A DNA stretch of 62,414 bases, the filler included, from Basidiobolus meristosporus CBS 931.73 (Eukaryota; Fungi; Basidiobolomycota), in NCBI GenBank assembly GCA_002104905.1. It is 3 parts of 3 records of this genome, joined end to end, with 100 filler letters (N's around TTAATTAATTAA, not from the genome) between each part and the next. Parts side by side here need not be neighbours in the genome. Positions count along the whole stretch, not along the records: positions 41,881 to 62,414 come from MCFE01001004.1; 2 more parts are not named here. One strand, given 5' to 3'. The notes beneath the pieces are model-generated. The model saw only the letters and a list, made by a program, of their open reading frames with translations, was not told the DNA's origin and made no database searches. How positions within the stretch are numbered: the stretch's first letter is position 1; every line of letters begins with the position of its first letter. Made by a program: the position numbers and the translations under genes. This document shows, in pieces, positions 47,920 to 58,964 of the stretch.

Positions 47920-48740
47920 CTAAGATTCACTTAAATTTAATTTATCAAGGATGCGTTGTGCAATCTTGTTGTATTCCTCCATAGCCCCGACTCCAGTGTC
48001 GCCGCATGCCAGAGTCTTACTTATTGGTTGAATGACCTCCATTCGCAATTCCTCCGTCAGCACTTTGAGATGCTTGTTGGTGAATGGATGATCCCACATG
48101 TTGGTATTCATGGCAGGGCATACGACCACAGGTCGCGTCAGATCCCAGGCCCTTAAAATGCAAGTCTAGAGACGCTGTTAGGATGTGTGTGCTCTTTAGC
48201 TTGGTAATATACGTACCAGAAGGTTATCACAGAGGCCATTGGCAATCTTGGCAAGAGTGTTGGCATCCAACGGAGCAATGACACATATATCAGCCCAGTC
48301 ACGAAGCTGTATGTGTAGGCGAGATTTTAGCATTGGCGAGATTGATCGTTTGGAAGAAGTGTCTTTGGTTTACCTTGATGTGGAGAACCGGATCTGACAT
48401 TTGGTTCCAGGCCTGATTTATCCCTTGTTAATTGGTATACGGACATGCATGCAACGGCTAGAGATGAGATACTTGCCGACCACTCGTCCTCATCCGTGAT
48501 AACGTTCTCCACTTTCGTGGCGTCAAAAAAGTGCAAGGCCGCTTTGGTACAAACTACTTTTACCTCAACGTTTTCCTACGACAAGAGAAGCCCGATGAGC
48601 ACATTTCGTATATTCACCCAGATGCAGTGTTGGTGTACATTCTCTAATAGTTTTTTCACTAACAGTGGTATCTTGATACTAGCCACACTTCCTGTCGCTC
48701 CTATCAATACGCGCTTCTTTCTTGGCAAGGGACTTGACAT
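47920..48740 (-). CDS. PPCDC: Phosphopantothenoylcysteine decarboxylase (HFCD flavoprotein, Hal3/Cab3 family); multi-exon
   Basis: MSSPLPRKKRVLIGATGSVASIKIP; later exons LRDWADICVIAPLDANTLAKIANGLCDNL, PAMNTNMW and PISKTLACGDTGVGAM (catalytic Cys present). Confidence 0.92.
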
Positions 48741-48805
48741 GCTACTTGTTTATGGCGGTGGTGTGTAGGCCTCTCTGGAGCTTCGGTTGGAAGATATCCT
48801 CGCAG

Positions 48806-48813
48806 ATCACGTG
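48806..48813. promoter_or_regulatory. RTCACGTG E-box (Cbf1/USF-type) ~65 bp upstream of the PPCDC ATG
   Basis: ATCACGTG matches the consensus; function unproven. Confidence 0.35.
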
Positions 48814-50206
48814 AGGCGTGTTCGGACGGATCAAAGGATGATTAGTTTCGGTCTGATTCATCGATTCGATTACCAGCACTTGAGCGGTGACCATTGTTGG
48901 TACAGTAATACTCGGGGAGGCACCAATGGCATTGTATGCCAACCATAGACCACGGCCTGAGATATTACACCAGCTGGCATTGAAATAGCCTGACGGATAA
49001 TACCGGTGTATCTGCATAATGGACACTTGCATTCCTCCGATCAGCATAATCAGCATCCGGGAAGCCAAAACGCTATCTAGCCATATTAGTACAAACAAAC
49101 CAACAACGAATCTTCTAGATTTGGGGGGAAGAGAAGGGGATTCCTGAGTCTTGTGTCATGCAATTAAAGTGAATCAAGCTTGCACCGATGAGGACTTTAT
49201 TTATGGCTGGGCGCTGGGATGAAGAGGCAAGCCTCGCTGTATGGCGTACGGTCCGCCGTATGCTTCAGTGTGTCTCATTCTCTAAATCCCACATCAATGC
49301 ACACCTGGAAATACTGCATCTACACATCGGGGTAGCGATGTGCAAGTGCAAGGCAAATGGGACCAATGAACCCTAAGACCTAGAGTAAGCAAGGGGTGGC
49401 GCACACCAAGCACAGTGTCGCAGCTCACGATTGCTACAAGGTGTGGCGGCTCAATAGCCTTTGTTCGGGTGATACATTTGAGATTGAGCAAGAAACCATG
49501 ATCATTGCTTACTCTAGAGATGAATCAGATCCACGGTAAGCGACGTTTGGTCCCATAGGATCTCGAGTGTGCGAAAAGAGCGAATGAGTCCAGTTGAAGT
49601 ACAAAAGGAGTCAGGGGCATTGTCAATATGGATGCGGGGATTCCAGACAAAGGCAACCGGGTCGTAGCGACAAACAAACAGCTGAGACACGGGCCCATCT
49701 AGCCAATGCCGCGGGAGTAATGGATCTTATTTCATATATCCAACCGACCAACAACTGGGTGCCCCACATCGCTCGTCCAATTCCTGACACTGCATGCATT
49801 CATCTGGGATATGAAAAGCTAGGGTAATTAATTTTTTGGCGGGTCATCAGCAGCCTGGGGATGAGTGGAGCTGAGTGCTCCATATCTAGCTCCATTGAGC
49901 AGCAGAGATATTTTTGTACCAGATAAATAGGGCCAGTCTCATATCTGACACTTCATCTAAATATGGGTTATTTTTGAAAGCAGCGCGGGCTGGTTGTGTG
50001 GAGCCGGAAATCCCAGCATAATCCGAGAATCGCTATTAATTAAATTGGATCGCTGCCATCACAATCCAATACTATTCGAGGAGACGGAGAAGTGAGGTCA
50101 AGCACAGGGTGGATTTGTTGGCTGCCCATCAGGAAGCTGTTCTATATAAGCAGACTCGCCCTAGCTTTTCGTAGCGCAGCTTCCTATTTCCTCGGCCCCA
50201 TGAATC

Positions 50207-51230
50207 ATGCATAAAAACACTCTGCGTATTCACCTGATTGAAGACCCAGTTATCTTACATGGCTCGCCTGATGATTCCGTGGGCCGTATCCTGAGCGGGC
50301 ATGTGTCTCTAACCCTCGCCAAGCCCATGAGCGTGAAATGCATCTCCCTCAGGTTGAAAGGCAAGGTGGAGTTCCATCGTATTAAGGGTAGGTTGTTTTC
50401 ATTGCGGCCCACTGCTGAACGACCCCAATAACGCTGGTTCTGTAGAGATTTGGGAGAAGGTCACCATTGTGGATCGAACCTGGACCTTGCTGAGGCCCGG
50501 GATGGATAACTACCTGCTTGACGCCAAGACCCATATGTTCCCATTTGAGTTTGCCCTAAGAGGCAACCTCCCTGATTCAGTGAACGTAGCCCATTGCCGT
50601 GTGTCTTACAGATTAACCTCCGTGGTGGAGAGGCCGTTGTTTTGGAACATCAAAGCCAGCCGCGTACTGCGAATTCAGCGCACGTGCTCACCATTGGTGG
50701 ATCAGAGATACATCCCACATAGCAGCCTGGGTGTATGGGCGAAGTCCCTCTACTACAACATATCTCTGGAGAAGGGCAGCTTCACTCCTGGGGAGCTGAT
50801 CCCGGTGAGCTTCAAATTCCTTTCCCAAACCAAGGAGTACTACATCACCGAGATCATCGTGAGCATCCGGGAGGTTGCCAGCTACACCGATCTGAACCTC
50901 AAGCCCACCATCGACAGCGAGAAGATCTATCAGAAAACGTTCGACTCCAGGCTCTATCCGCTGGACCAGGGATTCCAGGTCACTCTGCCGATGCCCACGA
51001 ACATCCACTGCGACTGTAGTTCAGACATCATCACCGTGTCTCATCTGATAGTAGCCAAGATCCGGCTGATGGACGCTTTCCAGCGACGCTGGTATTTCTA
51101 CATCAATGTACCGTTTGTCGTCCAGTCACATGCACAACACGAACTTTCCAACTCCCCACCTAGCTACGAGTCTCCTAATGCGGAAATCTCCCCACCACCA
51201 TACCAGCGGGTTGAGGTCTTTTGTCACTAG
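50207..51230 (+). CDS. Alpha-arrestin (arrestin-related trafficking adaptor)
   Basis: ILSGHVSLTLAKPMSVKCISLRLKG, FPFEFALRGNLPDS, VSYRLTSVVERP; C-terminal PY motifs PPSY and PPPY; one intron at ~50389-50446. Confidence 0.88.
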
Positions 51231-53147
51231 CCCGCCCTCTCTTGAGCATAATCACTTTGTATATATTATTCCCTTATCTGTACAAATCGAATGGTTCCCA
51301 CTTGTCAATGCTTGTTGTAGGGCCAGTAATAGTCACGTGCTTACCTAATCAGGATAAATCAGAAACGAGGTTATTTCGCTTTGAATCATGTTCACTAACA
51401 TGGGTGCCACCTAGTGGCCTGGTTTTGCCAAGCAGCCCCAATGGGGGATTTGGGGATAGGGCTACGGTTAAGGAAAGGGAAAAGGTAAGGGCTAGCAATG
51501 CGTAAGGAGTACCAAAACGATGCTAGCATATCTCGGGCAATGTGCCTGTAGTTGGTTCGCGTGCTTTGTATTCTAAGTATGGCCATTAGTGGGCATGACA
51601 CACCAAGCAGATGCACTCTACCAGCCACGCAGTTGTAGAAGCTTCGATTCAATAGCTTCCACTGTTGTCCACTTGTGCTGAAGGAAGGTGGCTTTTCAGG
51701 CAGATATCCTGTATACACCAGAGTCGAGCCGAAACGAGACTTGTCAGCTGACGGCCTGGATCAGTTTTGACCATTCCCGGTATGCTGCATTGTTGGAAAT
51801 CAGCAATATCACTGGTACCTCCCACCACCGGTTTGTCTGGCCATAATCTGGCCTGCTTCTGGTCAGTCAACCCCGCGCTACAAATCATGTTAGAGCGGAT
51901 TTCATTCGACTGAAACGCAATCGCAAAGAATAGATCATGCGCACTATCAACATAGGAGTCCATCGCAATCCCGCCTCAATCTATCTAATACAAAATAGCC
52001 GGTTGTCTATGACCTGGCTGGATTAGAGTAACGGTTGTTGAAATCCACCTGCTCCATCGCGTCACTCCTATCCCAATTGCCATCAGAGATGGAGCAGTCC
52101 GATTTGCAAAAGGGTGAATTGGCTTATTATATATATATGCCTGCAAATAGATTTATTTTACGGTGAAGCACGTTGGCATTCTCATCAAATCAGAGGTCAT
52201 CAGTGGCTTCATTGGGATTGATCATAGGATAGATACACATGCTACGCCTCTCAACTTAACCTCTGCCCCGGCTTTCTGAGCGCAGATATCCAGATTTGAA
52301 GCAGCACTCTTCCAACCTGAACACCGCCAGAAGAGCATTGGTCCGTTGGCCGACCCTGGCATCCATATACTCGCAGGGCTGCGATGTGGTGCTCCCCAGC
52401 TGGATGACAGGACTGTCACATTGTATTTGTCTGTTCAGCGGCATTCAATGAAATATTGCCACTACTACCACCAGTAGGTTTGAGAATAGTGCGCAAGGGC
52501 TGGATCACCTTGCACATCCCTCTCGAACAATGCGGCGGCTACAGAGCAAGATGCTTTGTGTGATCAACGTTTTCCGGCTGATTGTACACCATGCAGCCCT
52601 ATGCAATCTGACCTTGCTCTACCTTCGGGATGTGTGGTGGGTCATCATGTGGGGAAATCCCAACGTTACTTGGAAACCTCAACGAATCAATCAACAATCC
52701 ATGGATGAAGTAATCATGAGTCCGCCATTATACGGCCCATATTCTCCGAACAAAAGTACGTGGAGAATATTGGAGATTCGTTCTCAAATCCTCCTTGATT
52801 TAGCGTTTTGAATTGTTTGGCGGGGTGAGGGGCCGTTTCATGGTCTGCGGGGAGAATCACTATGAGGAGACAAAACAACATTGAACGTGATTAGCTCTGG
52901 TTGTGGCCGATTCCCGAAACTACGATTCTTTAAATGTGCGTATCTGGAGATCTCCAGCACACAATAATAAATCCGCTCTCCTCTCCCAACGCCGCTCATT
53001 CCTTTCTCGTTCACCCTTTCTGTTGATCAGCTGGTGATCTTTGTAATAGGCCAACCCCCTTACTCGTTAGCGTACTCAGGCTCTTTTCTCACGTCTCGTT
53101 TGTCGCGTGGATCCACTCCCTCGGAACATTGAAAGCGATCTTCCCAC

Positions 53148-55029
53148 ATGGTTCATAAGTCTATTACGGTCTCGCTCAAGACTGCTGGTCATGGAATTCT
53201 TCGCACTCCACTTGGAGAGTTCACTGTGATCAAATCACTTGGCGAAGGTAGCTACGGAAAAGTCAAACTGGTCATGAACATTGCTACTCACGAAAAGGTA
53301 CTTGCTCTGCACATCCAAGGCACGGTCGCGAACAACTCACTGACCCCCTTTTTACAGTACGCAGTGAAAATCATTCGACGCCAGGTGCGTCGTGGTAATT
53401 GGGTAGATGCCAAGCGTACAGCGTCTCTAGAAAAAAGAGTGATTCGAGAGGCAAACATGGCTCGCCTGCTCTCCCACCCGAACATCGTGTCGTTGAGCAA
53501 CTTCCGCATCACTGACACCCATTTCTATCTGTTTTACGAATACATCGATGGCTGTCAACTGGCCGACAAAATAGGTAGAAAAGGGATCTGCGAGGAAAAG
53601 GCCAAGAAGTACCTACACCAGATCATTGCTGCTCTGAGTAAGTCCTATTGTTGATTCGATCGCCTGTCGCATTCAGGTCTAACCAGCACTCCAGGCTATT
53701 GTCATGGTAATTCCATTACCCACAGAGACATCAAGATTGAGGTAAGCCAGGGAATTAGATTTCGGCAGGCGACATGGCTTAATGGCATTGTTCAAGAATA
53801 TCTTGGTGGATAAGAGCGATACGATCAAGTTGATTGATTTTGGCCTGGCGAACTTCTTCAACCGCAATGAAGTATTAAGAACCTCCTGTGGCAGTATTCC
53901 TTACACTGCGCCAGAGATTCTACGTGGGGAGCCTTATGTGGGTAAGGATTGGCTTGCTAATTAAGCTATTGGCTCCCAACACTAAACTATTTACAATCGT
54001 GGCTGCTCACAGGGCCTGAAGTTGATATATGGTCAATAGGTAAGCTACCAACTGACACCATTTCGAGACCACTCTGCTCATACCAAGTACCAGGTGTAGT
54101 ATTGTTTGTGATGGTAGCAGGATATCTGCCATTTGGCGACCCTGCCAGGCCAAAGAATTTCGATCGTATAATGGCCGCCAGAGTGAAGTACCCTGCAAGC
54201 ATCTCTGAAGGTTGTCCACCTTGCCTGATTTGCGCCTCCGAGATGCTAATCTCTCTTTGGTTCGCTAGAGTGTAGAAACTTGATCTCTCGCTGCCTGGAC
54301 CCAGTTCGTATGAGACGACTTACTATCTCACAGATCTATGCGCATTCATTCCTTGCCGGATTAGGTGACATAACAAGCCCTTACACAAACCCAAACACTA
54401 CCATTGCCCTGCCCAAGATTCTTAGCGATGAGATAGTGAGGGAGATGGCGACGTGTCTATTCGATACAGAGGACAACATACGATCTTTGTTGCTTACGGA
54501 GCTAACCTTCGGCAGGCAGAACCATGGCGAGGTTCTGGTTAAGCCTAGCCCGGTCTCCTCGGTATACAACCTCATCTCGAAGAACCAGCTGAAGAATAGC
54601 GGCGACACGTTTTCGAGAACTAGTAGCACTGAGGCCATCAAGGGGTTCAACATACCCAAGGTCGGGCTTACGATATACTTGAACCACTGTGTTCTTACGA
54701 TATCGAAGGCCAATGCCTCGAACGTTCTCAACGAGATCCTTATGTTCTTGGATGATCATCAGCTGGCGTATTTCGTGGACCACGAAAGCGCCAAAGTCAT
54801 CTGTCAACACTCACCATCGGTAGGTGAGCACCACTGGAGCATTCTTGAGCGGAGATCCTTCTCCGTGATGATCCGAGTGGTTCAGATCAAATACACCAAC
54901 TCCGCAGCGGTGATCATCAAGCGTGCCAACGGCGACAAGAACAAGTTTCAAGAATTCAAACGGTTCTTGAAGATCATGGTCAAACAGATCGGACCCCGGA
55001 AAGGAGGTGCGCCGAATGCTGAAGCGTAG
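53148..55029 (+). CDS. CAMK-group Ser/Thr kinase, Kin1/MARK/AMPK-related, with KA1-like C-terminus; multi-exon
   Basis: LGEGSYGKVKL, AVKII, HPNIV, HRDIKIEN, DFGLAN, TSCGSIPYTAPE, VDIWSIGVVLFVMVAGYLPF; C-terminal FSVMIRVVQIK...KRANGDKNKF. Confidence 0.9.
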
Positions 55030-55745
55030 GTTGGTGGTGGCGAGCGACCGTTTATATATTTGTGTATGTTTTTGGCTACGGTAGAATCAGTGATAGGTAC
55101 TCCACATAGAATAATTCCTTAGTATATAGTGGCTTCCGGGCCCCTTTCTGTTATCTTATTAGACAAGTAACTTCCCACCCTCCAGCTGCCCGTAATGTTA
55201 TTCCTCCTGTATCCTGAGTTGGGTCTGGGAAAGCTTATATCAAAGTAAATTGGTCCGGGGTTGCTTATCCACGCCGGTCTCACACACTGTCTCAATTAGT
55301 GGCCTTGCCTGGCGCCAAACCATCGGAATTCCCAACACAAAGGAATCGTGGTCATGAAGTCCCGATAATTTTGGGTGCAACCCCGTGTGCTCATGTGATC
55401 ATTCTGGAAGATTCCTAAGCACCCCACTAACAAGCAGAGTTACAGGCCCCAAAGATTTCTCGTTGCTTGCCACATTTGGCACCACCCCTCTTACCACACA
55501 GGAATAGAGGATGCCCACCAGAGGGGGACCATCGAGCCCAAAAAATGGGCCCAAAATCCGGCGCTTCCAAGGAGATGAAAAAAAGGGTGGATGATTTTTG
55601 CTTATATTACAAAACATACACTGGTCGCAACTTCATAATCCCTTATCGAAAGTCCTGTGACCTGAAATATCACGTTTCTGCTCAGCGAAAACAACGCGTC
55701 TTCTCAATAACATAGTAACCGAAACACGACCTCAGTTTACTCGAT

Positions 55746-56522
55746 ATGTCGGGCAACAGTACAACTCTTGATCTGGTATTTATCTCAGTTCAGTCAGGCC
55801 CAGTTCCCATATACATCTCTACCGTGTGGAAGTGCCTAACCCTGTGTACGACTCTGGATATTTATGTGTGTTTTTTACTTAGCATCACCAGGATCTCAAG
55901 GAAGTGTCCCAGACAGCCCAGAACCACCTGCAGAACCAGGTCCTTTCCCAGCAGCAGTGGTCTACGGAACTTTCCCAGCAAGCGGTTTCCCAGCAAGCGC
56001 TAGCCCATCAAACACTGCTGAGCTCCTCTGTCTCCGCAAATGGAAAGGAAAATATGATAGAATCCAAGTGAGTGTCTCCACCCCCAACTGCCCACCACAG
56101 CGCAGAGGTACTAACCGTCATCTGGCAACTTTCTGTTGCGTAGTAACCTGGACAACTCGATTTCCAAGCCAAAGCCGCCGGTCGGTAGTGAAGAGTGGCA
56201 CCGACTTCGCCGTGAAAGCCACAAGGAGGTAGAGCGTAGAAGGCGGGAGACGATCAACGAGGGTATCAATGAAATCGCGAAGTTGGTCCCTGGCTGCGAG
56301 AAAAACAAAGGGAGTATTTTGAGCCGGGCTGTACAGTACATCCAACAGTTGAAGGAGAACGAGGCGACGAACATTGAGAAGTGGACCCTGGAGAAATTAT
56401 TGACCGACCAAGCGATCAACGAGTTGAGCCATCAGGTGGAGATGCTCAAGGCCGAAAACGAGCAACTTCGGGCTCAGCTGGATGAGCTGTCCCCTTCGAA
56501 GAAGAAAGCGCGTAAAGAGTAA
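55746..56522 (+). CDS. CBF1: bHLH-ZIP transcription factor, Cbf1/USF-like; 5' exons tentative
   Basis: KPPVGSEEWHRLRRESHKEVERRRRETINEGINEIAKLVPGCEKNKGSILSRAV...NIEKWTLEKLLTDQAI is the fungal Cbf1 signature; Gln-rich upstream exon ~55883-56067. Confidence 0.88.
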
Positions 56523-56977
56523 GCTGGACCATCCACTCTCTAGAAGTCTGTCTGTACTAAGTTGGATTCCAGTCCCAGTCCCAGCCCCAAACCTTGACCC
56601 ACTTACTGCTTTAGTTGTATATTTGTGCATAGGCTTACTCTACTCCTTTCATCTTTTTAATACGTTTATCACACGTTGGTCCACACCATAACCTGGTTTA
56701 ACAGTTAAACAGTCCTATTCTATTTTGTATCTTCAACAACGAGTTATGAAGCATCGGGGGGTTTTTTGTCCCCAGGTTCCATCCCACCACCTCGTCATGA
56801 AGGAACATCCCATCTCCTTTGGTGTCCGTTGTTGTGTTGATTTCTCTAGGACCCCTTATATTTTCCCTCTCTTTCATAGCATATTCGTTGTGGATGAAAC
56901 AATATACACTTTTTATCTTTCAACCCTCGTTTCGTGGCCCTGTTGGACCGGACCTTGCGGCGTTATGTCCTTTTCCC

Positions 56978-57500
56978 TCCCGCTCCCGCTCCCGCTCCCG
57001 CATCAGTTCCGATTCCCCATTCCCCAACCTCATCGCTATCCCCCCGCTTCAGACCCGGATTGCCTTTTGGGTCGATGGTTCGATCGTAGGTGGTAAGGTT
57101 TGCCTTAATGATCGCGATGGCTGTATCATCACTATCACCATCACCATCACCATCACCATCACAGCTGGATGTGACCTACGTGGTGCGAGTTGTCCATTCA
57201 CATTCCTTCCTGCGCTACAGCGGGTGTGAAATCGTCAAATCAGAAACCATGCCATTCCCAAATACGCGTCCCGATCCTACACGCGTTTCACCCAGTATGG
57301 TCACGTGATGGAGAGGATTCAACCGACACTAAGGCAAGGGGTTTAGGATGAGCCTATTGCTGGAGAGAGGTGCTAGACCATGGGGGGGGGGGCGGGAGTG
57401 GAAGAAATCAATATATGGACATTGGTCAAGTAATAGGGGTGCGGGACCCACTCACCTTCACTTTTTATTACTTGCCCTCCCACTCCCACTCCCACTCCGA
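56978..57500. repeat. Cluster of short hexanucleotide microsatellites (CCCGCT)n, (CATCAC)n, (CCACTC)n
   Basis: Runs at ~56978-57001, ~57125-57162 and ~57478-57503. Confidence 0.8.
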
Positions 57501-58444
57501 CTCCCATTCGTCGGGGCTCTGGTCAGTCACACGAATTACTCAGCCACGGTGATGGTCCTATCCATCCATATATCCTATACAATGTAGTAGCTTATGATTG
57601 AACGCCACAGGCCTCCATTGCCCAGCCCTCGCGTATTTGTGCTTCCCCACATATTCCTTGCACACTGCCCATTGACCAGGCGACCAAAGGGCGTTTCCTA
57701 CACAGTATCTGAGGGGAAACCTTTTTCCGGTTTAACGAGAACCCCATCCGGCATACCCTTGATGTAAATCACTCGGACCTCTTCCCCCCCCCCCGCCCCC
57801 GTCTACACTCAGTCAAGGAAATGCTCTACCCAGGTTTTCGTTTTTCGTAGAACCAGGCGTTCCTCACTTATCATCTCCTTGTTACTGCCAGGCCTACTTG
57901 TGGATGGAGGTGGGTGACATCAGAATACTGGGGGCGCAATTGACCTCGATGTGATCGGGTGGTCTCCAAGATCAAGGACCAACTGGAGCCAAAGGCTTGG
58001 TTCTTGGTTCCCAATAAATCAGTGACCGTGAATGCCCCCCCCTATCCCAATGTATCTCTCCACCAAACCCATCCAGATCCTACTGGGTCTATGGGATCGC
58101 TCACAGTTGGCTAGATGGATTTTCAGAGATACAAACCTACCAACCACTCTTGGAACCAAGTCAACCGCTGGGATGGAGTGGGTAACTCTGCAGCATGACA
58201 TCATCTTACTTTGAGTGATCTTGGAATACTGGTTGGTCCAATATGAGTGATGGTCATTTGGCATGGCCAACCATACACAAGTCACTGGTGGTACTATGGA
58301 TTATCCTATCAGATTTTTCTGGCAGCCACCATCAATATACCATACACAAACCAGAAGAAATCTGACTGGACTTAGGCACAGAGTCTTTCCAAAGTGAGGG
58401 ATCAATTCCATAAGCATGTAGTTCATGCAATATATACTGCACAA

Positions 58445-58964
58445 TTCTAGGAAGTATTGGAAGTGATTTGGTGAACTAGAGGAATCTCACAATATTTGCT
58501 TGGTTTTGTATTGAGCTCAACTAAAGTATGTATACTTTTAGGGGAACTTTGTAAAACCAATAATGAGTATGCTTTAATGAACGTACCAGGAAGCTGAGTG
58601 CAAACTTTGGGGGCTGCTGGACAGGTTTTAAAATAACAATAACTTCCTTACCTTCTAAATCTGAGAATTAGCCAATAGCCTACCAACTAACTCTTGGGTG
58701 AATAATTCAAAAAGAGTGATAGTAAGCAGAAAAGCCTGAATATGGAAGTGCTGCAACAACTGAAGATAGACCATTCATATCTGCACTAAATATAACCACA
58801 AACAAGGATTCTCAGATGTGGTATATTGACTCTGGAGCATCTCAACACTTTACACACCAAAAAGAACTTTTTACCCAATATCAAGAAATTCCAATTAAGA
58901 AGGTTTTCATGGGTGACAATAGAACACTTGATGCAGTGGGAGAAGGAACTATCCAAGTAAACCT
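58445..58964. mobile_element. Older retroelement debris: inverted LTR remnant (~58445-58710) and a Copia protease-region fragment (~58730-58964)
   Basis: 58730-58964 is nearly identical to 60085-60320 (WYIDSGASQH...GEGTIQVNL) and stops exactly where the LTR at 58965 starts. Confidence 0.85.

Noticed and set aside
50688-51019. Overlapping ORFs antisense to or out of frame with the arrestin (likewise within the kinase, BCKDHB and CBF1 genes)
   Set aside because: By-products of GC3-rich codon usage in real genes; no independent motifs.
56725-57587. Several plus-strand ORFs with LPLPLP, SRSRSR, ITITIT and HSHSHS runs
   Set aside because: The runs are translations of hexanucleotide microsatellites; no coherent gene structure.
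58019-58400. Possible decayed Gypsy integrase core (EWVTLQHDII...YWLVQYE)
   Set aside because: Similarity too weak and stop-ridden to call without an HMM or tblastn search.
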